Positions 12,806 through 26,604 of a DNA stretch of 64,000 nt are shown here, one piece after another. Location: NCBI RefSeq assembly GCF_009914755.1, contig NC_060934.1. The stretch is one strand, 5' to 3'. Source of the stretch: the human T2T-CHM13v2.0 reference genome, Homo sapiens. Made by a program: the position numbers and the translations under genes. The notes under the pieces were generated by a model that saw only the letters and a program-made list of their open reading frames with translations, was not told where the DNA came from and searched no databases. Position 1 is the stretch's first letter; each line of letters begins with the position of its first letter.

Positions 12806-13619
12806 CCTAGTGGGGAAGGGTGGGAGGTTCTGTGCATGGGAGATTCTTCTAATTGCACAATGTGTTTCATGCGTTTTCCTCCTCCTATGTTAGGATGATG
12901 TCCACAGCCACTCAAAACCTGGGCCTGGCCACAATGGAAGGTAGCATTTACCACTCACAAGGCATTTTGCCATTTTCCCGGGTTAAGGATGCTACCTTTC
13001 TGTGCAGTGAAGGATGGCCTAGGCCTGGTCTTTCACAGTTGAATTAAGACATTGGGTCTGCATATTGAACTTTTTGCAAGAAACAAGTGGACTTCGGGAT
13101 AAGTTTCATTTTCTAGATGCTTTTGATTAAAAAGAAACCAAAACTAACAAAAAAGAATATGGTGTGAGGCTTAGCATTGTGAAATGAGAATCAAGAGATG
13201 TGAGTTTGATTCTCAATTCTGCTGCAAAGCTGGGAGATTCTGGCCCTCAGGATTAGTATCTTGAATGTACCATTTCTTCACCTGTACTTAAAAGGTGAAA
13301 TATTGGACCCAAAGGCTATACAAACTCCAAATTCTAATTTCAGGCTTTTTGGAAATTATAGGAAAGATGTGTGTATGATGATGATGGCTCCCAGAGCTTA
13401 GGCTGGCTTGGAGACACAGGGGAATCACCCCAGTGGAAAACAAGAATCCACACGCTATTGGGCTTATCCTTGCCCAGGAGTTCATTTCTCTGTCCCTCTC
13501 TGACCCAAGCTTCTCCCTCCAGCCTGCTGTCAGAAGTTGGGATGAGCTGGAAGGACCATGAGGCAGAGCAGTCCTTGAGCAAAGTGACCCTTTTGCCACT
13601 TTGAAACTATCTATTGAGC

Positions 13620-14030
13620 TCCCATTCTGTTTCATGATGATTCTAGGTGCTTGTCCATTAGGGAACAAACAAAGATGCTTCCTTCCGTGGAGAGACATAA
13701 AATTAACAAGAAATGTCAAATCATACCTCACATAGTGAAGTAGCTGGTAACTGCTATGGGAAAATGTAGAAAAATGAAATGGAGTAAGGCAAATTGGCAT
13801 TCAGGGTGTCAGGGCAGGCTGCCCATCAACAGATCCTCAGGGTAGCCACCATGAGAATGGGACTTCTGGTCAAGGATTTGATAGACATGTTGGCTGAGCC
13901 ATGAGATTATCTGCAGGAAGTGTGTTCTAGCAGAGCTCATGGCCACTGCCAAGGTCCTGAGGCCAAGCCTGCCTGGGATGTTCAAGGAGCAGCAAAGAGG
14001 CCAGAATGCCTGAGTCAGGAGTGTGGGGAC
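13620..14030 (-). mobile_element. Degraded L2 LINE fragment
   Basis: ...tgttctagcagag..tgccaaggtcctgaggc..tgttcaaggagcagcaaagaggccagaatgcctgag, typical of antisense L2 3' region. Confidence 0.55.
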
Positions 14031-14041
14031 TTAGAAGCATA

Positions 14042-14460
14042 GGGGATGATTAATTGCATGTGGTGACTTGGCTGGGCCTCAGTGCCCTGATAGGTGACAA
14101 ACATTATTCTGGATGTTTCTGTGTGGGTGCTATTGGCCAAAGTTCACATGGAAATGAGTGGACTTGAGTAAAGCAGTTATCCTCTATGATGTGAGGGGCG
14201 TCAGCCAATCAGTGGAAGGCCTGAATACAACCAAAGACTGACCTCCCTAAGCAAGGGGGATTCTGCAACAGACTTGAACTTGCCCTCAGACCTGAATGGC
14301 AGCACCGGCTCCTTCCTGGGATGCCAGCCTGTGCCAGCCCACCCTGCAGATTTGGGATTTTCTACCCTCCATAAACACATGAGTCAGTTACTTAAAATAG
14401 ATCTCTTTGTAAATATGTACCATCCCATTGTGCTTTGGTGGAGAACCCTGACTCACCCAA
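14042..14460 (+). mobile_element. ERVL solo LTR (MLT2 family)
   Basis: GACTTGGCTGGGCC..AACATTATTCTGGATGTTTCTGTG..CCAATCAGTGGAAGGCCTGAATA..GGAGAACCCTGAC, all MLT2 motifs. Confidence 0.85.
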
Positions 14461-15866
14461 CACAGACACAGAACTGTGGGCATCTTTCAGGCTGCGGGAA
14501 GACCTTGCTCACTCTGAGGCAAAGCCCTGGCAGCATCTCCACGAGGGCTGAGGGACTGCTTTGAACACCTTCCTCCTTCCCAGGACAGCCAGCTCGTCAG
14601 CACGAGAAGCTCAGCAACTCCTTTGAGGATAGGGAGTGGGAAATAAAGGGTCACAAATTGTATGATGTTTGACCTAGATGTAAAATTGCCTCCCCAATGT
14701 GTGAATAACATAGAATAACCTTTCCACCAAAAAAAAAAAACCAAACCATGCTGTATACAAACAGCATCTGATTATATCAAAGAAGACTCACTCATAGAGT
14801 ATGGAGCCCAGGAGGCAGGCAGCTCAGGATGTGTCTCCACCACAGGCCCCTGCTCCTGGATGGCTCGGGGAAGCACACTGGTGAGGGCATCCCCCTGCCC
14901 AGCCCCACCAGCCCTATCTGGGCTACAGCTAAATCCTCTACTTCCCAGGTCCAGCTTAGGGCCTTTTCCATGAAACCATGGGAAACCTCAGGAGGAATTT
15001 TCTCTTACCTGCTCTGTTCTTCCACAGTGACCTATGGACATCAGGGTGCATCCCTCTGCCATTTGGGATCCTGCTCGCTAGGACTTTCAGGAACCCAGCA
15101 AATGCTGGCAGGAGGAAGGAGGAAAATGCCTGGTGGATTCTGATGGTGTTGGAGAGCAATAACATAACCACTCCCAGGCCCTGCTCACGACAGCTCTGCC
15201 CCTGGCCCTTCCAGGTCATTCTGACTTCTGATGGCTAGCTAGAGGGAAGAGCTTGGGATCAGAGAGGGAATTTTCTGGAAGCCTCCTGACATCCATGTCC
15301 TCCAGGGCATAGACCTGGGTACCTTCTCCCATACTCCACAGGAGGCCCCTCCCCTGCAGGCACCTGGCTGCCAGCCACTGTCAGCTTCCACTCCACATGC
15401 AGCAGGTGATGCAAACTGACTCAAGTTTTCACATGACTCAAGTCCTAAGTTGCTGGTTCAGCATTGGCTTTGTATTTTTTTTTGCATTTATTTCAGCTTC
15501 AAGGAATGAGTCTGTTGGAAATCCTATGCACTAAACAGTTTTTGGAAACAGACTCTATCACCAACTCCCTCTTGCATTCCCAACTTCACCACAGAGTCTC
15601 GCATTCAATCAGCATCGACCCATTAAACACATTATGGAGTGCAAGAGAAGCACACAGTTATGAGAAATAAAAATAGGAAAATACGTCTCCAATAACTAGA
15701 GGGCGTCTCAAGATGAAAACACTGTTCTTCTGTCAACATAAAACACCTTTGCGTCACACAAGAAATCAGAGAAGAGGCCCGCTGCCATCTGTAGTTTTAT
15801 TTTCCCAAGCCCAGGCAGAGCCATTTGGCTCCCCACGTCCCATGGACTTCACAACTTCAAAAATTC

Positions 15867-16156
15867 TTTTTTTTTTTTTTTTTTGAGACAGATTCTTACT
15901 CTGTCGCCCAGGCTGGAATGCAGTGGCATGATCTCTGCTGACTGCAACCTCTGCCTCCCGGGTTCAAGAGATTCTCCTGCCAAGTAGTTTGGATTACAGG
16001 CACACGCCACCATGTCCGGCTAATTTTTGTATTTTTAGTAGAGAGGGGGTTACGCCATGTTGGCCAGGCTGGTCTTGAACTCCTAATCTCAGGTGATCCA
16101 CTCACCTCGGCCTCCCAAAGTACTGGGATTACAGGCGTGAGCCACCGCACCAGGCC
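15867..16156 (-). mobile_element. Alu SINE (AluS) with a small right-arm deletion
   Basis: Poly-T followed by reverse Alu ending ..GCCACCGCACCAGGCC. TSD CAAAAATTCTT on both sides. Confidence 0.97.
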
Positions 16157-18077
16157 CAAAAATTCTTAATGTGAATCTCAAGTAGAGAAACAGGAAGAGG
16201 ATCAGGAACAGTGAATGTTCATATCCAAGTTTGATGTTTGTTTTTCTTTTAACTTCTTAACTCTTGAAACATCTTATCAGTGAAACCACAGAGAGATGTT
16301 TCTCTCTCATTCGCATGAAATAACAGACCACAGCCCTTAAAATTAAAATAATGAAAACACTCAAGTAACTCTTGATGTTGTTAAATGCAAGATAAATATT
16401 TGAATGCTTCTTTTTTTGCCAACATTTTTTACATATTTGTGGAAACATCCAGGGAAAACTGTATTCTGTGAAGGAGAAAAATAAGATAGAGCCAGGGGAG
16501 TTTTAATTGAGAGTCTCTTACTAAATTACTCCCTATGTGCAATTTTCCCCTTGGATAAGCCACGGCATTTTCAGGGGCAAGATGCTTCTGGAACTTGGCA
16601 GTACTCTTTGGCACTTCCTACAACTGTCCACAAATATAAAGAAGGGAAATTCCTTGGTTAAGATTTACCTCAATGCACATAAATTTCATCTCTGGTAAAC
16701 AAGTAAACTTTTGTCCCTTGCATAGAAGGAATTCTTAGATTCCCTCGTGGCTTCATGTGGCAGCCAGCATCCCACCATAGAGGCCAAGCCATTCTCCCAT
16801 CAGCCTCCTCTAAGGCCAGGGGCATCTGAAGATGACTTGAGAAAGAGGACATCTCTATTGCAATGTCCCTAAGTGACCTACACTCTCAGAAGAAAAACCC
16901 GCTGGATCCAATGACCACACTCACAGGGGCAGAACCAATTTTAAAGTCTTTTCCCGCTACAAATTTTAACCCCAGGCATATGGAAAAATTCTTCTGAGAG
17001 AGATGCTCTTTCTGGCTTTTATACCTCTCTCATGGAAAATTCTATAGCAAACAAGGTTTTCAGAAGGCGTCACTCTCAGGCATCGGAAGAGATCTGTGGA
17101 AACTAATAAGCCATCATAGAGCCTTACACTCTAGACGCTCAATAATCACCAGCAGAATGAGCGTCTGGTGAGATTCTCCTACGGAGGTCCACAGCTTGGA
17201 CAAACTAGAGTTGATAGTCAAACCATTTATTGATTTGTTTGCTCACTGTGTTTATGTATCTAGAAGTAAAGAAATTAAGCTGTTTTAAAATTAATAATTG
17301 ATTCTTCCCCAAAACATCTAAATTGGCTAATAATCATAAATTTATCAAAAATAAAAAGGTCTACCCAGGCTATAATTAGGATTTGGAAAATGGCCAACTC
17401 CCTTATTAATGTTATCTTGGATGATGAAAACACTGAATTCTGCTAGTTCAGCAGATTCTATACCGACCCAGTAATACACGAATGGGTCAGGTCCCTCAAA
17501 ATTTCAGTAATATTCTAATAACAAACAGCGTTCGGACAGAAATATTAGCTTTTGGAGATCAATGAGGTAATACTTTCAGTCCTTTGTTAATATGATACTG
17601 GTGGTGGTGAATATTCTTTCAGATGCATGTCTCAAAAATACTGTGGTGACTGTCAAGAAGTAATACATCCACCCAAGTTCCAGGATTTGTTAGAACCAAG
17701 TAATGATGAACCTGAAGGAGTGAATAGAAACAACTAAAGCCTGGGCTGGAGGGAAGCACAGATGTACTGGAGTTTTTGAAAATTCACATTTTCTTTCAGT
17801 CATTTAAACTTCACCAGGACTGACCCTAGCATGAATCCAAATGGTCATGTGATGTAAGGGCATTCCGTGATTTGAGGTGACAAAATGAAAGCTGTCTTAA
17901 TCTTGCAGACCTAGTCAAATTATGAGACAGGAAGCACCAGGTTCTCTCGGGGGATAAACAGAAAAATTCATGTGGACAAGACGTTGCAGCCTCAGTTGTC
18001 CATCTGGCTGTCAACTTCACTAGGTGTGCGCCATTGAATGGAACCACAGCAGTGGCTGCATTTGTCAAGACAGGCAA

Positions 18078-18720
18078 GGATGTGAATATGAATATGGAAT
18101 GGCTGTGGCTGTGGACTTGATTGTAGATGGATCAGGAAGTGGATGAAAATGTGGATGTTGCCAGGCACGGTGGCTCACACCTGTAATCCCAGGCCTTTGG
18201 GAGGCCGAGGCAGGCGGATCACCTGAGGTCAGGAGTTCGCGACCAGCCTGACCAACATGGAGAAACCCTGGCCCTACTAAAAATACAAAAATTAGCCAGG
18301 CATGGTGGTGCATGCCTGTAATCCCAGCTACTCAGGAGGCCGAGGCAGGAGAATCTCTTGAACCCAGGAGTGGACATTGCGATGAGCCACGGTCATGCCA
18401 TTGCACTCCAGCCTGGGCAACAAGAGTGAAACTCCATCTCAAAAAAATAAGTAAAGAAAATGTGTATGTTGAGATGGAGGCAGATAGGCATGAGCCTGTG
18501 GATAGAGACATGGATGTGAATGGGGATGTCAATAGGAATATGGTGGGGATGGGGCTATGGATGAAGATGCAGATGGGGAAGGGGTGGGGAATGGGGTGAG
18601 GATGGAAATGGATATGGATGTACTTAAGAATAGGAAGATGGATGGGGTGTGGGGGGTGTGCTGGGAACACATGGGCATGAGCATCTGTGTATGAATGTGG
18701 GGTGTGGAAGGGAATGGAAT
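18078..18720. repeat. GGATG/GGGAT-rich low-complexity tract split by an Alu
   Basis: Degenerate ggatgt/gggatg units on both sides of the Alu. Confidence 0.75.
18160..18455 (+). mobile_element. Alu SINE (AluSp-like)
   Basis: Diagnostic CTGACCAACATGGAGAAACCC. TSD GAAAATGTG(G/T)ATGTT at 18145-18159 and 18456-18470. Confidence 0.96.
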
Positions 18721-20321
18721 CATGCCATTAGCAGTTTGTGCCTCACCTCCAAATGTGGCAGCTACGAAATCTTATCCCCTCTTGAGATGAGATTCAGCCT
18801 GACCAGTCCACTTTCTCTGCCTGACATCAAGCATCTGCCATTTCTTGGGGGTGTTGATTTATAATATGGATATTGAGTTTTATTCCGAAATTTTGTGAGT
18901 TGCAGTAGTCCTGTGCCCTTTCTTCTGACCACCCGATCTAGCTTTCCCACCCCCCTGGACTAATTGTCTATAGTCAATAGCCATTGACTAATAGTCATGG
19001 TCCCCTCACATCATCCTACACCTTCAGGAAACCTGTATCCTAAATGGGTGACAAAACAGACAACTGTGTAGTTGAAAAGTGAGAAACACTGATTATGTCT
19101 TTAGCTAGCTAGTATAAATATTTCCTGCACTTGGGGCAAACATTATGATAGAAACAAATCTTCAAAACACTATCACTTCCATTGTAATTTCTATCATTTA
19201 AATGCCTGCTGGAGCTGCGAATTTTTTTTCCATACCCCAGGTTTACATTTGACTTGTTTCTGACAATCTTCTCTATTGAATTCAGGAATATACCCCTAAC
19301 TAGTGAAGGTGCACCTGGCCAATCACCTCCTCTCCTGCTATTGGAATGAGTCAATAAGTCAATTACGTGTTCAGCAGACATTTCAATGCTGTGGGTCACA
19401 AGAACCTTATAGCCTCTGTGCTACACAAACTACACAGCCATTCACTCACACTGTCACTCACTGATTGCACCGTGCCTGGGAAATTATCCCAAGATTGCAT
19501 AAGATTGATGGACAAATACTGTAGCCTCACTTTGCTGGAGTTGGAATGGCATCCTTCTGCAGTCCTCTGAGATGCTGTGTGCCTCCCTTGGGAGTCCCGG
19601 GGTAATTACACACCACAGTCACCATGTGCATCTCCACTGTGGGGTGGTTGGAATCAAATTCCTCCCCACGCCTGTCAGGTCAACGAGCTAAGAATCCCTC
19701 CGAAGATCTGAACTTAGCTGGTAAGCTCAAAGGTCTGACTTTCATGAGCCTATGGGACTCTCTTCTTTTTGACTGAAAGGCCACATGACAGATTTGGTTA
19801 GGCAAGCGGGGCTCTTCAAAGAAGTGTCTTTAGGTTTTGTCACTGTGCCAGCATCTATGTGAACGCTGCTTCTGGTAGAATTTCGAATCATTAATATTAT
19901 CCTCGTGGAGACTAGTCAAGGGTCACATGAGAGTAGTTGGCTTTCAAAGGCATTCCATAGTCCACAGGGTTCATTGCATGTGTGGAGACATCTCTCTTTT
20001 CTTGTGGGAGGCCCTGCCTGTTGGGGGTCTGGCTGACAGAGCTCAGGAGGGGAATTGGGGTCTGTGGATGTGGGTGAAGCATCACTTCAGAGGGTAGATG
20101 AGCCGGAGGAAGTTGAGCTGAGGCCTCCTCTGCTGAGAGTCTGTGTGAGAGAAAACACCTCTGGAGTAGACTCTGTGTTGAAAAAGTGGCAAGGCTACTC
20201 CAGCCTGGCAGGCTGTCGGCCAGCGTGTTAGGTCTGATGGGAGCGGTGACCACCTGGATCTCTCCGCCACTCCCGATGGGTCAGTCAGGGCTCCCAGAGA
20301 ACCAGGGGGTGATGTCTCATT

Positions 20322-20730
20322 TGGTATGGTGGTCTCATTTAAGTTGGAATGGGGGACGAAGCAGGGCTATGCCAAGTTTAAGAGGATCTAGAAGGAGGGG
20401 GTCATAAATCATTGCCATGTGTTGGCACCCAAAGTTTAGCAGCAAAGCTTATGATAATGATCAGAGCCACTGGGAAAGCTGCACAGATTCACCCGTTGAC
20501 TTGCGCTTTATGAATCAGGTGGCCATTCAGGGAGTTCATGAAAAGCCAATTAGAGAGGGACTTTTTCCAGGTCATCTTTGGGCACTGGAAGGGTCTTTAA
20601 GGTTATGGAATCCTGCAGCCCAAGGACTGAGATGCTGGGCTATGCCTTCTGGGAGGCACAGGGCCTGGGGACAGGAGGAAGAGCTCCCCTCACCAGGGAG
20701 GCACGGGCAGGGTTGAGCTGACCCCACCTC
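20322..20730 (+). repeat. Local direct duplication A, copy 1 (about 410 bp)
   Basis: Colinear with 22997-23408, about 90% identical by eye. Confidence 0.97.
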
Positions 20731-20731
20731 A

Positions 20732-21138
20732 TCTGTGTGTAGGCAGAGACATAGAAAGTTCTGTCTGTCTCTCTCTCTCTCTCTCCATCTCTGTATCTAT
20801 ATATCTATAGAGAGAGAGACATTAAGAACTTAGCTCATTAAATTGTGGGAGCTGACAAGTCTGATATCCACAGGGCAGGCCGGCTGTCTGGAATCCCAGG
20901 CAGGATTTCTGCATGACAGTCTGGAGGCACAATTCCTTCTGCTCTGGGAAGCTGAGATTTTTGTCTTAAGGATTTTGAGGGATTGGATGAAGCTCACCCA
21001 CATTATCAAGTACAATCTCCTTTACTCCAATCAACGGATTATCTACAAAACACTTTCCCCGTGACCCCTGTACCAGTGTTGACCAAATCAGCCAGGTGCC
21101 ACAGCCTAGCCAGTTGACACGTAAATGCAAGTATCATA
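20732..21138 (-). mobile_element. ERVL solo LTR (MLT2D-like) with CT/TA microsatellite
   Basis: ..GATTGGATGAAGCTCACCCACATTAT..GCCTAGCCAGTTGACACGTAAA.., reverse MLT2. Confidence 0.8.
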
Positions 21139-22358
21139 CCTGGCAAGGCCCAGGTTTCCAGACACCAGCACTGCGCTCTCCATCAAGTCTCTCTTCCCAC
21201 CTGGTGATCCCTCCCCTGCCTGTCAATCACAGTCTGTCTGGAGAGCACTGTCTTCCTCTCTTTCCCATATGGCCCTGGTAATTCATCTCCTTCTCCTGCC
21301 CAGACCTCCAGGTCACCCCTTGGGGCCCTGCCCTTGGTGAGGGCAGGCCAGTGATGGAGGTCCACCATGTGGCCTCTGACCTCCCTGCCTCTGTGCAAGC
21401 TGCTATAGTTTCCACATATTGTCCCTCCCACAGCCACTGCATGTGCACCCCTCTTCACGTCAGGCTGGGACAAGACGCAGGTGTCCAGAGGGGGATCCCG
21501 CTGGCAGGACAGACTCAGAAAGCAGTACAGTCCCCGCAGGTGGAGGCAAGGAGCAGGCAGAGGCTCTGGAAGTGGAGAGTGCCCAGGACACAAAAGCGGA
21601 GCAGGGTAGAGAAGGCAGAGGGGAGGGGCACCAGGAGAAGAGGAAGGTTACTGGTCTCTCTGAGGGAGCCCGAAGGATGTGCAACCACCAACCGAGGGGC
21701 TCAAGGTCAGCTCCAGCCCATCCCACAGACCGGCCAGCATTTCTATTGACTGCCTGTCCCCAATACTTCCCTTAACAGGGTAAGTGAAGATACGTCTTGA
21801 CCGTGCCTAACACAGTGAAGAAATGATGCATGGGAAGAAATCCCAAACAGGCTTTCTCTTCTGGTGGTAAAATGCTGACACGTCACATGGGGAGGCCACA
21901 GAGAAGCTGCGCCCACACACTGCATGCTGCTGAGGCCAGGCGGAAAGCCTGGTGAGATCAGCTTGCCTGCCCAGGCTGGGACCCTGCCCCGTATCCTGGG
22001 GACACAGCCGGTGGTGGTTTTCTGAGCCCAGACTGAAAGTTCAGGTCTCCTTTCGGCTCCTCCAGGTGCCACCCCACCGTTAGGGAGGAGCTGTGTGCAA
22101 TCCGAAGGCTTCAGAGGCTCGTGGAAGTTTAGAGACTGTAGTGCCCACCACTCCATTTCAGAGACAGGGAAGCTGGGCCCACAGAGGACAGGCCCAGGCC
22201 CAGGGCACAGTGCTAGGACAGGGGCTCGAGACTCTTTCCATTATATTCTGACCCTAAATCAAGGAGTATGCTGATCAGCAGGTCTTTAATGTGCAAGAAG
22301 ATTTTCTGAGATTCTTAAATGTTTTTAATATACCTGAATCTCAAATAACTCTTTTTTA

Positions 22359-22699
<341 letters not shown>

Positions 22700-22996
22700 T
22701 CATGTATATTCAAAAGGGCATCAGGAGGAAGGCTCCTGCCATCAGCCACTGCACTGATGAGAAGGGCATCCCCGCTATGCTACACCCACCTGGACGAGGA
22801 GCCAGGCTTCATGCCACCCACTGGGAACAAAGATTTCTCCTATCTGGTGGAGGAATTCTCATTCACCAAGGACTTCCTCCGGGGGACTGTGCTTGTGTTC
22901 TTCCAGGTTCCTTGTTACTTTGCAGGACAGTTTGAGATTTAATCTATTTGTATGATACAATGGCGGGGAGCTGGAGGGCTTCCCTTCCTCTCCATG

Positions 22997-23408
22997 TGGT
23001 ATGGTGGTCTCATTTGAATTGGAATGGGGGATGAAGCGGGGCCATGCCAAGTTTAAGAGGATCTAGAAGGAGGGAGTAATAAATCATTACCATGTGTTGG
23101 CAGCCGACGTTTAGCAGCAAAGTTTATGATAATGATCAGAGCCACTGGGAAAGCCGCACAGATTCACCCATTGACTTGAGCTTTATGAATCAGGTGGCCA
23201 TTCAAGGTAATCATGAAAAGCCAATTAGAGAGGGACTTTTTCCAGATCATCCTTGGGCACTGGAAGGGTCTTTAGGGTTATGGTGATCCTGCAACCCCAG
23301 GGGCTGAGATGCTGGGTTGTGCCTTTTGGGAGGCCCAAGGCCCTGGGGCAGAAGGAAGAGCTCTCCTCACCAGCGGGGGCAAGGGCAGAGCTGAGCTGAC
23401 CCCACCTC
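22997..23408 (+). repeat. Local direct duplication A, copy 2
   Basis: Colinear with 20322-20730. Confidence 0.97.
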
Positions 23409-25761
23409 CCCTGGAGCATTTTTGGAAACAAACACCATGCCTGTGTTCTCTGCCAGGATATATTTTGGAGTGATGGTGGTTGGAACCATTTTGTAATGTT
23501 TTGGGAAGTAGATTTGGACTTGTTCCTCCAATGTGGGAATAATATTCATCTATGAGAGGCTGGAAGGAAACCACACAGAGAACGGAGGTGGGGAAGCTTC
23601 GAAGGCAAACAGGCGAGAGAGATCTGTGCCCGGTGTCAAGAGAAGAAGGTGGGAAAAAACAGGAGAGAAGGGCTGGCCTAGTTGACATCATCTCACAATA
23701 CTGGAATTGAGAAACAGAAAATCCAAAATGCTGCATAATCCAAAACTCACTTCTAATTGGCTATGGAAGGCATCGTGGAATTCGTGGCAGCAGGTCACCA
23801 TCTTAATTCTATTTTTTGGTCCATATTGAAGGGAATATTTCTGAAGGAGATATCAAAGCGCAGCCCCGGGTGCAGCCCACGAGTGGAATGTACAGGCGGC
23901 AGGGTCCTCCTCCGAGTCAGGGCGTCCCCGGGGGTGGTGCACAAGTGGAAAGTAAAGAGCCCCCAAGCAAGGAACAGGAACAGGAACAGGCCCACCAGAC
24001 ACCTTCCAGGATGCACAGGCTCTGAGGCCCAGGCCCATTCAACCCATCCATGCCTTCCTCCTGCCCGAGAGGGGCCCCACCTCTGAGGGAGGCTCCCCTT
24101 CATGCTCCTGCAAGAGCTGAGATGGCAGAGTGACAAACTCGCTCAGGCTTCTGCACCCAAATCCAGGGCTGTCAGTCTCCACAGCCTGTGGCCACTCCTC
24201 CCTTTAGGCCAGCGGTGGCTGGCAGTGCCAGTCCCCTAACAGGGGGTATTGCTTGGCACTGAAAGTAGGTGAAACTCCTGCTACACGAATGAAGATGAAA
24301 CTCACTCTTGGCTGTGAAAGATTTGCCCAGGACTCTGAGGCTTCTTCCCAGGCACCCAGGCCAACTCTGGCAGGCCGGAGTTCAGGGTCCCTTCCTACCT
24401 TTTGGCTGGGTTGCCCAGCTTTCCTATACTCTAACTTGCTATCCCAGCAGGAGGGCAGCACACCCGTCCCTCACCTCGGAGCAACTCTCTCCCCACCTTG
24501 TCCTCTGCAGAAGGAGGATAATGGTGACGCTGATCCTTGCTGATGGAGCCTGGCCTTGCACCTGCTCAGGTCATCTATCGGAAGGGCCGTGAGGCAAGTC
24601 CTGCCCGATGCAGGCGGCGTTCTCTGGAAGCTGACACTGACATGTACTGTGGGGCACAGAATACTGATTAGGGATCAATACGTGGGAAAGAAGGGGTAGG
24701 ATGGGACAGAGGGGACGAAGCCTCCACCAACTTAGCAAGGAGTTCTGGGGCAACTGAAGCCTGGGAGAGTTGGTTCCCCGTCAGGAGCAGAAGGCCAGGC
24801 CTTCGTACCCTACTTCACTCCATCACCTGCTATGACCTGCCCAGGAAGGGCAGAGTTTTGGCCCTGCAGTTCCTGATGGCTGGAGGCTGCCTGCTGACCA
24901 CCCCCCATTGCTGGGCAGTGGGGGTCTGAGAGGCGCATACGTGTGCTACCAGGTTTGTGTTATCCTCCCTCTTCAGGTAAGAGAGCCGAGGCATTGAGAT
25001 GTTATCCACTGCTCCCAGAGTCGCACAGTGAGCTGGTGAGGGCTTCAGTGCCAGGAAGGCCAGCTCAAAGCTCAAATTCCACCCCCTACATTAAACCCCT
25101 GCCCATGGGTATAGCACAGTTTAAATGAGATAGAGCCTATAAAATGCTCAACCTTGCACCTCACCAATCTACTCAACCAGTGCTACCTGTAATATTATCA
25201 GAAATAATATTTCTGCTCTGGGCCGGAATGTACAAGGGACATAAAAATGGTTTCATGAGCCACACTGCTTAGTGACATTGCAAACAGCACTGTCCCAGGC
25301 AAGGTGACAATTAGTGAGAATTTGAATGTCCCTCATTTACTTCTCTGTAAACAAGAAAGTTGGACTTACTGCCCCAGAGCACTTCCAGCCCTGGTGTCCA
25401 GGATGTGCTGGCCCTTGGCACTGCCCTAGAGAGCCAGCCTTGCTCTGACCTCAGGGCCAGGCCTGGCTGCAAGGTGAGCTGGAAGTGCGATTCCTGAAAA
25501 GGAAGATATCCCCCAAGTGAGGGTTACGCAGCCGGGGACAAGGCCCTACGGCCCAGCTATGCACTTGCCCTGCTTGGATGTAGGACGAAAGGAGTATGTC
25601 ATGGAACAAAGCTAGAAGCTGTGGAAGCATACTGAAACCCTTCAGAACTTCACAGCCATCTTAGCCACTTCTGGAAGGGTGTTGCCTGCAACATCACGGC
25701 CACACCCGTGACTGTCAGCACTGCCCCAAGACAGATAAGGACAAGGAAGGCACACTCGCCC

Positions 25762-25875
25762 GCTGTGTGACCTTGAGCAAGGCCTTAGCCTTGCTAAGTC
25801 TCTGCATTCAAATCTGTAAGACAAAGAAGACAATACCTAGCTGGAACCTAGGCCGCACACACACATCGTGGGCTC
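25762..25875 (+). repeat. Inverted repeat, left arm (MIR-derived)
   Basis: GCTGTGTGACCTTGAGCAAG.. MIR core. Reverse complement of 26470-26581 at about 90% identity. Confidence 0.93.
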
Positions 25876-26469
25876 AGCAGACATACCTGCCCTGCGTCTC
25901 CATGCATATAGAGGAGGTGAAGAGGGGGAGTGTGCCTTCCATGTCCCCATCTCCACCTCCTCTGCACCTCCTCGCCTGCACTGAAACAGCCTGAGAGGGG
26001 CCTCACTGCTACCTTTCATGCACTTCGAGAAATCATGGAGAACCAGAAATGTGCCTGAAAAAGGAAAAAATGATCACCTTTCCCAAACAGGAAAGAACCA
26101 ATCCTGAAAACCATAGCCTGGTCAACTGGATGTGGATGCCAGATGGATCCCTGGAGGGTTCTAGACACATAAGATAGAGGAGGCAGTGACCCTCTGAGGC
26201 ATCACAGCAGCTGTAAGCAGGTGCACCCACAGCCCAGCCCATGCACTTGCTGCTCTTGCTTCCTGTTCCGAAAGAGAAGGAACACTGTCATAAGGTTGAA
26301 TCATCTTGATTTGGAAAAAGTACTCATCTCTTGAGGGCATTATGGGGGAGTTGTGAGAGCAGAGCACCGGGGGACCTTGGGTGGAGGGTTTGGGAGCTCC
26401 AGCTCTGCTGCTGCTCACCCAGCACCCCATTTGGGACTCCAGAGAAGCAGAAGAGAATTGTCACCTGTC

Positions 26470-26581
26470 GAGCCCACGATGTGATGTGTGCAGCTTGGGT
26501 TCCAGCTAGGTATTGTCTTCTCTGTCTTACAGATTTGAACGCAGAGACACGAGGCTAAGGCCTTGCTCAAGGTCACACAGC
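26470..26581 (-). repeat. Inverted repeat, right arm (MIR-derived)
   Basis: Reverse complement of 25762-25875. Confidence 0.93.
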
Positions 26582-26604
26582 CAAAGATGGTGGAATTGAG
26601 AGTA

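Noticed and set aside
22760-22942. Protein-like stretch CYTHLDEEPGFMPPTGNKDFSYLVEEFSFTKDFLRG as an exon or pseudogene
   Set aside because: No family recognised, the ORF starts inside an Alu, and there are no convincing flanking splice sites, poly(A) or TSD. A BLAST search would settle it.
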